Shown piece after piece: positions 12,490 to 23,784 of a DNA stretch of 64,000 bases (positions are counted from its first letter, which is position 1; every line of letters begins with the position of its first letter). Made by a program: the position numbers and the translations under genes. The notes under the pieces were generated by a model. The model worked only from the letters and a program-made list of their open reading frames with translations. It ran no database searches and was not told where the DNA came from. The stretch comes from Chrysemys picta bellii (lineage: Eukaryota): NCBI RefSeq assembly GCF_011386835.1, contig NC_088815.1, positions 14,074,001 through 14,138,000 on the forward strand. The letters are read 5' to 3'.

Positions 12490-13587
12490 CTATGGGGAAG
12501 ATCCTTTCCCCGAAAGTCCTGTACTGTTGTAGAGGATGGGAAGGGGCGGAATTCTATCTTTATGTTCCTTTCCCATGGCCTGTCGCCGGGGACATTCATT
12601 CTTCCAATGCCCCTTTTTCCTACAAATAGCGCACTGATTTCGACCCAGGCAGGGGCCCCGCCCCTTCCCCGGTGGCCCTGGCCGTCCCTTAACTTTGTCC
12701 CCCCTTTCTTCATATCCTTCCCTTAGGGCCATGGCTAAAACGCGGGCCCCTTTCTTCCGAGAACGGGGGATTCTGTTGTTTCCAATTATATAGATCACTA
12801 GTGGTAAAGGGAACATATACCATAGTGAGATTGCCCTCAGGGGCTACAGTTTCCCGCAGTGGACACAAATAAATCTGTTGTAAGGGCATTTCGTGTATCG
12901 GGCCGCTCTTGCCCGATGGGCTAATAAGGGTAAACTTAGTATCCCCAGGGTTAGAGAAAAATGACAAGTGCCACTGCGTTTCGGAGCTCTGAGCTGTCAC
13001 GGGGCCAGTCTTAATCCTGGTGAGGTTAGACACCGGGGAGCTCAGAGAGATCGGAGGGGGCTCCCGTTTGGAAAAGTCCTGGTCGCTTGACTCACCCCTT
13101 TCAGTCGAGGCATTATCCTCAGAGGAGGGGGTGGGGATTTCAATTGAGGGTACCGGGATACAAAAGGGGGAGGGGGCATAGGATCAGGGGCAGAGGGAAT
13201 CACAGTCTGCGGACAAGATTTCTTAACAGGGGGACAGGGTTTCCTAACAGGGGCACGGGCCATTAAGGTCTTAATAGTTTGTGATCTACATTTCTGCAAC
13301 CATGGGGGAGGATTGGCCACGAGGTCCTGCCAAATATCTATATAGGGGTATTGGTTCCAATGGCCATCCCGGGTCACAATGGTATGTACTGCTTGTATAA
13401 TTCCTGGTTTGAACGTCCCTCCCTTGGGCCATTCCATCCCGAATGTCGTCCATTTAAGAGTACAGAATTTTACAAGATTGTCTTTACATAACACAATTCC
13501 ATAATCAGCCTGGCGTCTAAACGCCTTCCAGTTATCCAGCATACATCCCAGGGGTGTCCCGGAGAAGGTGCTTTGTCCGGACCCCAT
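12490..13587 (-). pseudogene. gag: ERV-A gag: MA, PSAP late domain, first residues of CA, NC; most of CA deleted
   Basis: MGSGQS myristoylation-type start; PSAP; VYVPFTTSDLYNWKQQNPPFSE (CA start) is followed within ~30 codons by the zinc knuckle CAICRKKGHWKNEC; the gag TAG (12492-12490) is in frame with the protease. Confidence 0.88.
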
Positions 13588-14311
13588 TATGCTTTACCCA
13601 GAGTTTTTTTGAGACAGAGGTATCAAGAGGGGAAAGAGGTAGGGATCAGATATCTGCTGGGTCACGGGGTTCGGCTGACCCCCTTGCAATCAAGATATCC
13701 TGGTCACTGGGTTTCCCCTCGCAGGAGTCTTGGGGCGGCTGAAGTCAGCTTAAGCTGACCTGTCAACGGCACTCATTCATCTGTCACACAGATCCTTTAA
13801 TCAGTTACAATCTCGGTTTCCAACACACCATTAAGAGGAGAAACAAGATTACCCCTCCCAGAAACAAGAGTAATCCCTGAGATTAGTCCAAGTCCCAATA
13901 ATTGTTAAAAACGGCCCATGGATTTGTGGAGTTAGTTACGTTACTCATTGGCCGTTATTTGCTTACCCTTTAACCAAAAACACAACAAGCCATTTACAAA
14001 GCTACAATAATGTTAATATACCTTCCCGTATACAGGCTGACTAGGGGATTTCCACTGTCCAACCCACATCTCGGGGGTGTTATTCCTCAAACCCAGGAGG
14101 TAAATGCACTTTCCGCCCGAAGTGGCCGGCAGTCAGACTTCCCCTCCTTCTGAAGCCGTCTTACTTCCATGTCCTTCAGAGCTCTCTTCAGAGAGGACGC
14201 AGCCGCCCCGGCCGATTGTGACGATCCGAGGCCCGAGCAAACCAACAGCTCGAGGTGGCCACTCCTCGGAATTGCCCTCGGCCGCCGGTCAGTGCCCTCT
14301 ACAGGGAGAGA

Positions 14312-14536
14312 CAGGGTCAGCTCCAGGGTTTTGGCCGCCCCAAGCAGCCAAAACCAAAAAAAAAGCCGCAGCCGCGATCGCGATCTGTGGCGGCAATTCG
14401 GCGGGAGGTCCTTCGCTCCGAGCGGGAGTGAGTGACCGTCCGCCGAATTGCCGCTGAATACCTGGACCTGCCGCCCCTCTCCCAACCGGCCGCCCCAAGC
14501 ACCTGCTTGAGAAGCTGGTGCCTGGAGCCAGCCCTG
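14312..14536. mobile_element. hAT-type MITE (225 bp) in the ERV-A leader
   Basis: TIRs cagggtcagctccagg / cctggagccagccctg; perfect 8-bp TSD GGGAGAGA (14304-14311, 14537-14544); same family as 48297-48551. Confidence 0.88.
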
Positions 14537-14545
14537 GGGAGAGAA

Positions 14546-14563
14546 GTCCCATCTGGGTCGCCA
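14546..14563 (-). promoter_or_regulatory. ERV-A primer binding site, tRNA-Arg
   Basis: TGGCGACCCAGATGGGAC directly after the 5' LTR; complementary to the 3' 18 nt of vertebrate tRNA-Arg(CCG) as recalled (...GTCCCATCTGGGTCGCCA). Confidence 0.8.
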
Positions 14564-14564
14564 T

Positions 14565-15109
14565 TGTTAGCCAAATGGGCTCGTTTCCCCCTGGAGCTGC
14601 CCAATTACCCCAAGGAGGCACGGGAGTCTAGAAGACGGCTTTCACTTTTTATTGACCAGTCAGCTGAGTGGGCGCTCTCCTCGGCTAATGCCAGAGAGAG
14701 CCCCCTTACAAGCGCAGAGCAAACCTTTTTATACCTAGCAACAAACAACTTAGCATGCATACCTGATACGTATATGCGGAAGGAACATTTCAAAAGGCCT
14801 TGTATGCAGATTGAGAGAGAGGCAAGGGAATGGATACATAACAGGATGCGGTTCATCTGCTTGAACTCATCACTTCTTTCCACAGCACACACACCCCGCC
14901 CCCCCGCCCCCCCCGCACTCCACTCTGGGGCATATGTTAGACTGAAATAGCAGTGTCTGTCTGTCTCACCTAGGCTGGTGGTTTGGCCGCCTTGTGTTAT
15001 CACATAATCTTGCTGCACAGAGGGCTGCAGCGGGTGTTTTGCAGAAGCAGCCGTTGCTCCTGATATAACAGCTGGGCTTATAGGCAAATAGTTGACCTTT
15101 GCTCTAACA
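14565..15109 (-). repeat. ERV-A 5' LTR (545 bp)
   Basis: TGTTAGAGC...GGCTAACA on the minus strand; AATAAA present; followed by the PBS. Confidence 0.92.
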
Positions 15110-15870
15110 CTGGCTAGAGGTGCCTTTTTAATTTTTACTTACCCGGCAGTGGTCCGGGTCTTCAGCGGCATTTCGGCGGCGGGTCCTTCAGTGCTGCCGA
15201 AGACACGGAGCGAGTGAAGGACCCGCTGCCGCAGACTCGAAGCGCCGCCCGGTGAGTATGTCCGCTCCCCTGCTTTGCCCCAGGCCCCCTGAATCCTCTG
15301 GGTGGCCCTGGCCCTGGGAGACCAGGCTCGGGCCAGGGCTGCTTCTCCTAGTGGGTTGTGGGAAGGTGGCACCATGGGAAGCGGGTGAAGATAGAATGAA
15401 CAGAGCTGGAGCTGGGGCTGTGAGGTGCATAGGGCTGCGCGCCCGCTGGGAGGCAGGACTGAGTGGTGCGGAGAGACCACAGCGCCCCATTTGGGGCTGG
15501 GAGTAGCTGGGTCTCTGGGGCTGGCCATTCACAAGCAGGTGCTACCAAATTACCATGCAACCATTCCGATCCCATTCCTGCCCCAGCTGGAGGCAGGGGA
15601 GTGAGGTTCTCTGCAGCAGGGGCTGGGGGGCACCAAACCTATAGGAGCCGCCTCTCAGGCCCTGTCTGTTCAGCCCAGCTGCTCCCAAGGGCTTGGGCCA
15701 GGCAGGGGGAGTCGCAGGTCTGGTGGGCCGGGCAGAGCACTGGTCCTGACACCAATTCACCCCGTCTAGCGATAGCGCAGGATGTGAGTCACAGCTGGGG
15801 TTGCCCGTGCGCCCATGGCTGGAGGGGAGCCTTGGTGGATGAAGCTGGGCTGGTGGGACTTTGTTCTGAG

Positions 15871-18800
15871 TGTGACGGGTTGGATCACAGAAACCCCCTT
15901 GGGAGCTGCCACCCGATGTGCAAAGACTACCCCTGCTCCTGTTTTCCCTGCCAGCTCAGGACTCCAGCACCCTGTCTTGCTGAGCCAGACACTCCCGTCT
16001 GGCTCCAGACACAGACCCAGGATCTGAATCTCCTGTCCCAAAGCTGCAAGTTACCTGAAAACAGCGTACAGAAGTGCGCTTGTCTTTAGCACTCAGATGC
16101 CCAACTCCCAATGGGGTCTAAACCCAGATAAATCCGTTTTACCCTGTATAAAGCTTATGCAGGGCAAACTCATAAATTGTTCGCCCTCTATAACACTGAT
16201 AGAGAGATATGCACAGTTGTTTGCTCCCCCAGGTATTAATACATACTCTGAGTAAATTACTAAATAAAAAGTGATTTTATTAAATACAGACAGTAGGATT
16301 TAAGTGGTTCAAAGTAGTAACAGACAGAACAAAGTAAGTCACCAAGCAAAATAAAATAAAATGCGCAAATCTATGTCTAATCAAACTAAATACAGATAAT
16401 CTCACCCTCAGAGATGTTTCAGTAAGTTTTTCTCAGACTGGACACCTTCCAGGCCTGGGCACAATTCTTTCCCCTGGTACAGCTCTTGTTGCAGCTCAGG
16501 TGGTAGCTAGGGGATTCTTCATGATGGCTTCTCCCTCTCTCTGTTCTCTTCCCCCCTTTATATATCTTTTGCATAAGGCGGGAACTCTTTGTCTCTCTGG
16601 TTTTCCACCCCCCCTCACTGGAAAAGCACCAGGTTAAAGATGGATTCCAGTTCAGGTGACATGATCACATGTCCCTGCAAGACTTCATTACTCACTTGCC
16701 AGCACACACATATACAGGAAGACTCACAGGTAACTACAGCCATCTGCAGACAATGGGAGTCATCAAGAATCCAAACCATCATTAATGGTCCACACTTTAC
16801 ACAATTACAATAGGCCCTCAGAGTTACATTTTATATTTCTAGTTTTAGATACAAGAGTGGCACATTTCTACAAATCAGATGATCATACTCAGTAGATTAT
16901 AAGCTTTGTAATGATACCTTACAAGAGACCTTTTGCATGAGGCATATCCCAGTTACTTACATTCACTTATTACCGTATTTTCTCTAAAACTATCCCAGTT
17001 ACATTATATTGACTTATTATCAAGTTTTTATAAAACCATATAGACTGCACAACGTCACACCCTCCTCCTGAACTTACTGCCAGAGACTTGGACACTGACC
17101 ATGGCGGAGGCAGTATACCTAAAATTCATTTTTGGGCTCCCCTATGGGGCAGACACTCCTGTGTCCCCCAAAAGGGAAAGAGACCCTGACCCAACTGTAG
17201 GCTCACAGCTTCCAGCTATGAGGGACCTTTCGCTGGCCAGCAAAATCCCCCCCCTTTCACTCAGGTTGGGTTTGCTTCCAGCTAGAGTCCTTGGGGTTTG
17301 TTCCCACCGCAGCAGTCACCAGGACCCCAACTTCCAGCTCCAGGATACATGTCTCTGTGCACCTCTTCCACTCCATTATAGCCAGGTCATGCTTCTGGGT
17401 CTTAATTGCTTTGTCTCTTAAGTCCAGGCTGGTGGGCAGCCTTTTCTTTTTCCAGGTCAGGCTTTCCCCAGGCAAATTGTACATCAATTTCCATTTGTCT
17501 TCCCTTGAGACCATCACTTGATGAGCTGGGATACCACAGAGAACACCCTCCTGCCAGAACAGGCACCCCTCCACTCCTGTCTTGCTTAGGGTTACCATAC
17601 GTCCGGATTTTCCCGGACATGTCCGGCTTTTGGGGGTTCAAATCCCCGTCCGGGGGGAAATCCCCAAAAGCCGGGCATGTCCGGGAAAATCGGGAGGGAG
17701 GGATGGAGGGCTCGGCCGGGGCCTCTTTGGCCGGGGCCGGGGTCGCGGGCATGGTGCCGGGCCGGGCGGGGAGCCGGGGGCGCAGGGCCGGGCGGGAAGC
17801 CGGGGGCGCGGGGCCGGGCGGGAAGCCGGGGGCGCGGGGCCGGGCGCGGGGCCAGGCGGGGAGCCGGGGGCGCGGGGCCGGGCGGGGAGCCGGGCGGGGA
17901 GCCGGGCGGGGAGCCGGGGGCGCGGGGCCGGGCGGGGAGCCGGGGGCGCGGGGCCGGGCGGGGAGCCGGGCGGTGCGCCGGGCCGCGGGCCGGGGTAGCG
18001 GGGGGGTGCGCCGGGCCGCGGGGCCGCGAGCCGGGCCGGGGTAGCTGGGGGTGGGGGGGGTGCGCCGGGCCGCCGGGCCGTGGGGCCGCGAGCCGGGCCG
18101 GGGTAGCTGGGGGGGGGGGGTGCGCCGGGCGGTGCGCCGGGCCGCGGGCCGGGGTAGCGGGGGGTGCGTGGGGCCGCGAGCCGGGCCGGGGTAGCTTGGG
18201 GTGGGGGGGTGCGCCGGGCCGGGGTAGCTGGGGGGGGGGGTGCGCCGGGCCGCGGGGCCGCGAGCCGGGCCGGGGTAGCTGGGGGGGGGGGTGCGCCGGG
18301 CCGCGGGGCCGGGCGGGGAGCCGGTCCGGGGTAGCTGGGGGGGGGTGCGCCGGGCCACGGGGCCGGGCGGGGAGCCGGTCCGGGGTAGCGGGGGGGGGGG
18401 TGCGCTGGGCCGCGGGCCGGTCCGGGGTAGCGGGGGGGTGCGCCGGACCGCGGGGCCTGGCGGGGAGCCGGGGGTGCGCGGGGCCGCGGGCCGGTCCGGG
18501 GTAGCGGGGGGGGGGGGGGTGCGCTGGGTCGCGGAGCCGGGAGCCGGTCCGGGGTCGCGGGGCCGGGCCGCCGGGGGGTGCGCTGGGCCGCGGAGCCGGG
18601 AGCCGGTCCGGGGTCGCGGGGCCGGGCCGCCGGGGGGTGCGCTGGGCCGCGGAGCCGGGAGCCGGTCCGGGGTCGCGGGGGGTGCGCTGGGCCGCCGGGG
18701 GCCGGCAGTGCTGGGCGGGCCAGGGGTGGTCGGCCGGGGCCGCGCCTCCTCCCCCCCACACCCCCCTTACCTGCTTCAGGCTTCCCGCAAATCAAATGTT

Positions 18801-20472
18801 CGCGGGAAGCAGGGGAGGGGGCGGAGACTTTGGGGAGGGGGCGGAGTTGGGGCGGGGCTGGGGCCCCGTGGGGTGTCCTCCATTTGGAGGCACAAAATAT
18901 GGTAACCCTAGTCTTGCTAAATTAGACACCCCAGTCAGCTTCAGCACAGACAGAGGTTGGGCCACACCCATCTGCAGCTCACTGAAACTGAGATGCACTC
19001 AGCTCAGGGGCTTCTTAGTTAACAGAGACATTCCCAGCTCCCATTGTTCAGTCTTTCTGGGCAATTTGCAACTTGTGTAGTTTTAGCTTCTTTTGATCTT
19101 CATTCTTACTTATTTTGCTTCCTTTTCTGTCCCTACTTCCCTTTCCCGAAATAAGCAAACAGAAAATAACAAACCAGTAACCACTTTGTCTGCTCTCCAG
19201 CCACCACACTTAAAACTCACTTAAAATCACTACCAGTATCTCAAAGCAATCAGCTGTGCACAGATCCTGCTCGACTACGCCACTGTGACGGGTTGGATCA
19301 CAGAAACCCCCTTGGGAGCTGCCACCCGATGTGCAAAGACTACCCCTGCTCCTGTTTTCCCTGCCAGCTCAGGACTCCAGCACCCTGTCTTGCTGAGCCA
19401 GACACTCCCGTCTGGCTCCAGACACAGACCCAGGATCTGAATCTCCTGTCCCAAAGCTGCAAGTTACCTGAAAACAGCGTACAGAAGTGCGCTTGTCTTT
19501 AGCACTCAGATGCCCAACTCCCAATGGGGTCTAAACCCAGATAAATCCGTTTTACCCTGTATAAAGCTTATGCAGGGCAAACTCATAAATTGTTCGCCCT
19601 CTATAACACTGATAGAGAGATATGCACAGTTGTTTGCTCCCCCAGGTATTAATACATACTCTGAGTAAATTACTAAATAAAAAGTGATTTTATTAAATAC
19701 AGACAGTAGGATTTAAGTGGTTCAAAGTAGTAACAGACAGAACAAAGTAAGTCACCAAGCAAAATAAAATAAAATGCGCAAATCTATGTCTAATCAAACT
19801 AAATACAGATAATCTCACCCTCAGAGATGTTTCAGTAAGTTTTTCTCAGACTGGACACCTTCCAGGCCTGGGCACAATTCTTTCCCCTGGTACAGCTCTT
19901 GTTGCAGCTCAGGTGGTAGCTAGGGGATTCTTCATGATGGCTTCTCCCTCTCTCTGTTCTCTTCCCCCCTTTATATATCTTTTGCATAAGGCGGGAACTC
20001 TTTGTCTCTCTGGTTTTCCACCCCCCCTCACTGGAAAAGCACCAGGTTAAAGATGGATTCCAGTTCAGGTGACATGATCACATGTCCCTGCAAGACTTCA
20101 TTACTCACTTGCCAGCACACACATATACAGGAAGACTCACAGGTAACTACAGCCATCTGCAGACAATGGGAGTCATCAAGAATCCAAACCATCATTAATG
20201 GTCCACACTTTACACAATTACAATAGGCCCTCAGAGTTACATTTTATATTTCTAGTTTTAGATACAAGAGTGGCACATTTCTACAAATCAGATGATCACA
20301 CTCAGTAGATTATAAGCTTTGTAATGATACCTTACAAGAGACCTTTTGCATGAGGCATATCCCAGTTACTTACATTCACTTATTACCGTATTTTCTCTAA
20401 AACTATCCCAGTTACATTATATTGACTTATTATCAAGTTTTTATAAAACCATATAGACTGCACAACGTCACA
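15871..20472 (-). mobile_element. Non-autonomous LTR retroelement (LTRs 15871-17059 and 19284-20472, 1189 bp each)
   Basis: TGT...ACA LTRs with one substitution seen (16886 vs 20299); 5-bp TSD CTGAG (15866-15870, 20473-20477); tRNA-Ser-like PBS TGGCGTAGTCGAGCAGGAT (19282-19264); PPT AGGAGGAGGG (17069-17060); no recognisable gag/pol inside. Confidence 0.9.
17587..18910. mobile_element. hAT-type element (TAGGGTTACCATA TIR family) nested inside the non-autonomous LTR element
   Basis: TIRs tagggttaccata / tatggtaacccta; perfect 8-bp TSD GTCTTGCT (17579-17586, 18911-18918); interior is ~1 kb of G/C-rich tandem repeats. Confidence 0.88.
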
Positions 20473-21326
20473 CTGAGGTCTCTCGTGGAGAAGTAGGCTG
20501 CATTGGGCCCTCACCTACATCCCTGCAGCCCTAGAGAGCCCACAGGGGCACAGCGCGGACCCGGAGCGAATGGGCCAGCGGCGGCTCGGGGCGTGCGGAG
20601 AGGTGTCTGCCTGGGGCGACTGGCACGGCTGCCCTGGTGCCATAGCCCTGGGGTAGCAGCGTGTGTGCACGAGGGGCTCCCTGTGGGGCGCAGAGACGTG
20701 CCGGGCATTGACCCCACAGCAGCAATCTTGGTTTCTGTTCCCTGCATCTTCCCACCCAGAGGCAGCTGGGCTGGCTGGGGGCTGCTAAGTGTCTGTAATT
20801 GCTGAGGCCAGTGTCAGCCGTCTACTGCTGCTTCCTTCCTGAACCGGGAACAGCAGCTGTGAGTCACCTCCCGCCCAGCCGCCCTTGGGACAGGAGACTG
20901 GCTCCCCGCTCGCTCGCTCGCTCGCCATTGTCTGGGTCATTCTGCCTCCGGCTGGTAGTTCCACACAGCTCAGCCAGACTCGCAGCTTCACTCCTGGGCC
21001 TCCGCTCTTAGCAGCGACCCAGGGTGAGACCCCGCCAGGCCTGGGATGGGGGGCCAAGGGAGCAGCAGAAAATGCCCGTGGCGGTTCAGCAGTGGGTGCC
21101 CTCCCTTCTGCGTCCGTGCTGACCCCAGGCACCTAGTGTGGCACGGGGGGGGGGGGGGCAGGTTGTCTTGCAGAGAATGGGGCTGCTGGTTTAGCAGGAG
21201 ACGGGCTCCCCTTGGAGTCAGTGCTGACCCCAGTGTGGTGCTAGGGGGCTGTTTTGCAGGGAATGGGGCTCGTGGCTCAGTAGGGGGCGCTCCCCTTGGA
21301 GTTCATGCTGACCCCAGTGCGGTGCT

Positions 21327-21870
21327 AGGGGGCGCTGTTTTGCAGGGAATGGGGCTGGTGGCTAAGTAGGGGGCGCTGTTTTGCAGGGGATTTGGCTGGT
21401 GGCTCCATAGGGGGCGCTACTTTTCAGGATATGGGGCTGGTGGCTCAGTAGGGGGCGCTGCTTTTCAGGATATGGGGCAGGTGGCTCAGTAGGGGGCGCT
21501 GTTTTGCAGGGAATGGGGCTGGTGGCTCCGTAGGGGGGCGCTGTTTTGCAGGGGATGGGGCTGGTGGCTCCGTAGGGGGGCGCTGTTTTGCAGGGAATGG
21601 GGCAGGTGGCTCCGTAGGGGGCGCTGTTTTGCAGGGGATGGGGCTGGTGGCTCAGTAGGGGGCGCTGTTTTGCAGGGAATGGGGCTGGTGGCTCAGTAGG
21701 AGGCGCTGTTTTGCAGGGAATGGGGCTGGTGGCTCAGTAGGGGGCGCTGTTTTGCAGGGGATGGGGATGGTGGCTCAGTAGGGGGCGCTGTTTTGCAGGG
21801 GATGGGGCAGGTGGCTCAGTAGGGAGCGCTGTTTTGCAGGATATGGGGCTGGTGGCCCAGTAGGGAGCGC
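21327..21870. repeat. Minisatellite, ~41-bp unit, roughly 13 copies
   Basis: Head-to-tail units close to GGGGGCGCTGTTTTGCAGGGAATGGGGCTGGTGGCTCAGTA with no unique spacers. Confidence 0.85.
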
Positions 21871-23545
21871 TCCCCCTGGAGTTCGTGCTGACCCCAGTGC
21901 ATTGTTCATGGGATATCTTCTAGAAGGGTTCCAAAGCTGGTGGAGAGCGAATCCCATCCTCTTCCCTGTTCGCGCAGGATCGATTCCCCCTGGGATCCAG
22001 CAAGGCTGCTGTGAGCTGAGCCTGTGGCGGAACCGTCCTGGGCTTGGTCTAAAACCCTCCCTTCCCCCTGGTGGCTCAGAGCAGTAAATCTCCCTGGGTT
22101 GCTGGGCCTGCGAGCTTGCAGTTCCCCCTCGTGGTTTCTCTGTGCAGCCTGCGGGAGGGTTCTCGGGAGCACCACCAGACCCTTGGGCCATGAAGCCAAT
22201 GGGCAGTTTCCCTCCTACCTTGAGGCCTGTGACTCCCCATCCTAACCCAGGGAGCCAGGGCCGTCTGCAGGCCAGTGCACCTGGGCCCGGGTGGCCTGGA
22301 GGGGAGCAGCTCCAGCAAGGGGAGGGAAGGATTCTGGTGGGGCATCCATAGGACATTTTTTAGCAGGGCCTGATTTTGCACGTGCAAGTGGGAGCCATCA
22401 GCGGAGTAGAGGGGGATGGGCAGTGGCAGGCAATGGGCAACTCCGTGAAAATCACCTTCTCAGATATTATTTGCATTGGGGTAGCACCTCGAGCCCCCAG
22501 GTGCGGACGGGGCATCGGGTCTGATACTGCACAGACACAGGGAGAGAGACGCCTTGCCCCACCCAGCCTGAACAGGCAAGTGGGGGAGAAAGGAAGAATC
22601 AATATCCCCATGGGGCAGCTGGGGCTCGGAGTTGCAGGGACTTACCCAAGGAGTCCGTGTCCGAGCTGGGAACTGAATTCAAATCTCCTGAGCTCCAGCC
22701 CAGCACCTGCTCCGCAAGGTGGTCAGCGCCACCTGTGAAACTCTGCCAGCAAAGAGCAACCTTCAGACAGGGATTCATTACAAACGGGGAAATGCAGGTT
22801 GAAACTCAGCCATGAAAGCGAATCTCATGGTGTGTTTGCTGCTCTGTACGGAACCGCCAGGGCTGTGAAGACTCAACAGGGCTCCCGCATACCGCAAATG
22901 CTGAGAGGAGCGAATTGGCAGGGTTTAAAAATCTCTGTAGGACAGGGCAGCGGGAAGCGTGTGCCTGGTATGTGCATATGCATGTGTGTGCATGGATGTG
23001 TATATGGATAATTGTGTATATATGTGTGTGCTATGCATGTGTTTATGAGTTTATATGCATGCAAGGACACTGGATTTACCATCTTGACCTAATGTCTGAT
23101 GCATCACGAACAGGTGCAAGTGCCCTCTGCATGTCTAGTCAGCGCTGTAAACTCAGGGGAAGAATTCCTTCCTGACCCTTGCTGTGATCAGCTGATGGCC
23201 TGAAGCATGAGAGTTGAGCATCCCCGTCTTAGCATGTTCATGGAAGTGTTATTAGTGCTCACCCATGCTTGGTCTCAGCACATGCACGGGACAATGTTTG
23301 TGTGTGTGCATCCGTACTGCATAGATGTGTGGACCAGCCGGGACACTTTCAGCCGGGTTGGACTCTGCCTGTCTGTTGCTTTGTGATTCTCAGAATTCAG
23401 TGCTGTTGGTGTAGTTCTCTGATGGCTTTTGCAGGCTGTAGGCCACAACCTTTTATGCAAACACTAACCGCTTGCCCTCTGCACAGGAAGTTGCTACAGC
23501 AGTGGCAGAAACATCAGTGACTTTCCTGGAAACCTTTTGTGTTTG

Positions 23546-23784
23546 CAAAAAGAACAGGAGTACTTGTGGCACCTTAGAGACTAACAAATTTATTAGAGCA
23601 TAAGCTTTCGTGGGCTAGAACCCACTTCTTCGGATGCATAGAATGGAACATATATTGAGGAGATATATATACACATACACACGAAAGCTTATGCTCTAAT
23701 AAATTTGTTAGTCTCTAAGGTGCCACAAGTACTCCTGTTCTTTTTGCGGATACAGACTAACACGGCTGCTACTCTGAAACCTGT
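23546..23784. mobile_element. Penelope-like element fragment with ~65-bp inverted repeat
   Basis: aaaagaacaggagtac...agctttcgtg is repeated in inverted orientation as cacgaaagct...gtactcctgttctttt; 12-bp direct flank CTTTTGTGTTTG (23534-23545, 23785-23796). Family name is from recalled turtle repeats. Confidence 0.7.

Larger units (their letters stand above)
6780..15109 (-). mobile_element. ERV-A: defective class I (gamma-like) endogenous retrovirus with ERV3/HERV-R-like TM
   Basis: Two LTRs (TGTTAG...CTAACA), 4-bp TSD CTGG (6776-6779, 15110-15113), tRNA-Arg PBS, PPT (aaggggggagaa) before the 3' LTR, gag-pro-pol-env remnants in order. LTRs differ at about a dozen positions by eye. Confidence 0.95.
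6684..15310. mobile_element. hAT-type MITE split by the ERV-A insertion (halves 6684-6779 and 15110-15310)
   Basis: TIRs cagggccacc / ggtggccctg; degenerate 8-bp TSD gctgtggg/gccctggg. Rejoining the halves gives 'gagaatccctttcctggctagagg', matching in reverse the related segment of the MITE at ~35575-35615. Confidence 0.72.

Noticed and set aside
17257-17598. 113-aa ORF inside the non-autonomous LTR element as a possible gag/pol remnant
   Set aside because: No RT, RNase H, integrase or zinc-knuckle motif could be recognised.
17402-18905. Several 200-390 aa Pro/Arg/Gly/Ala-rich ORFs on both strands
   Set aside because: They arise from stop-poor G/C tandem repeats inside a TIR/TSD-bounded hAT element and have no domain signature.
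21327-21870. Regularly spaced repeats resembling a CRISPR array
   Set aside because: Units are contiguous with no unique spacers, there are no cas genes, and the context is vertebrate; it is a minisatellite.
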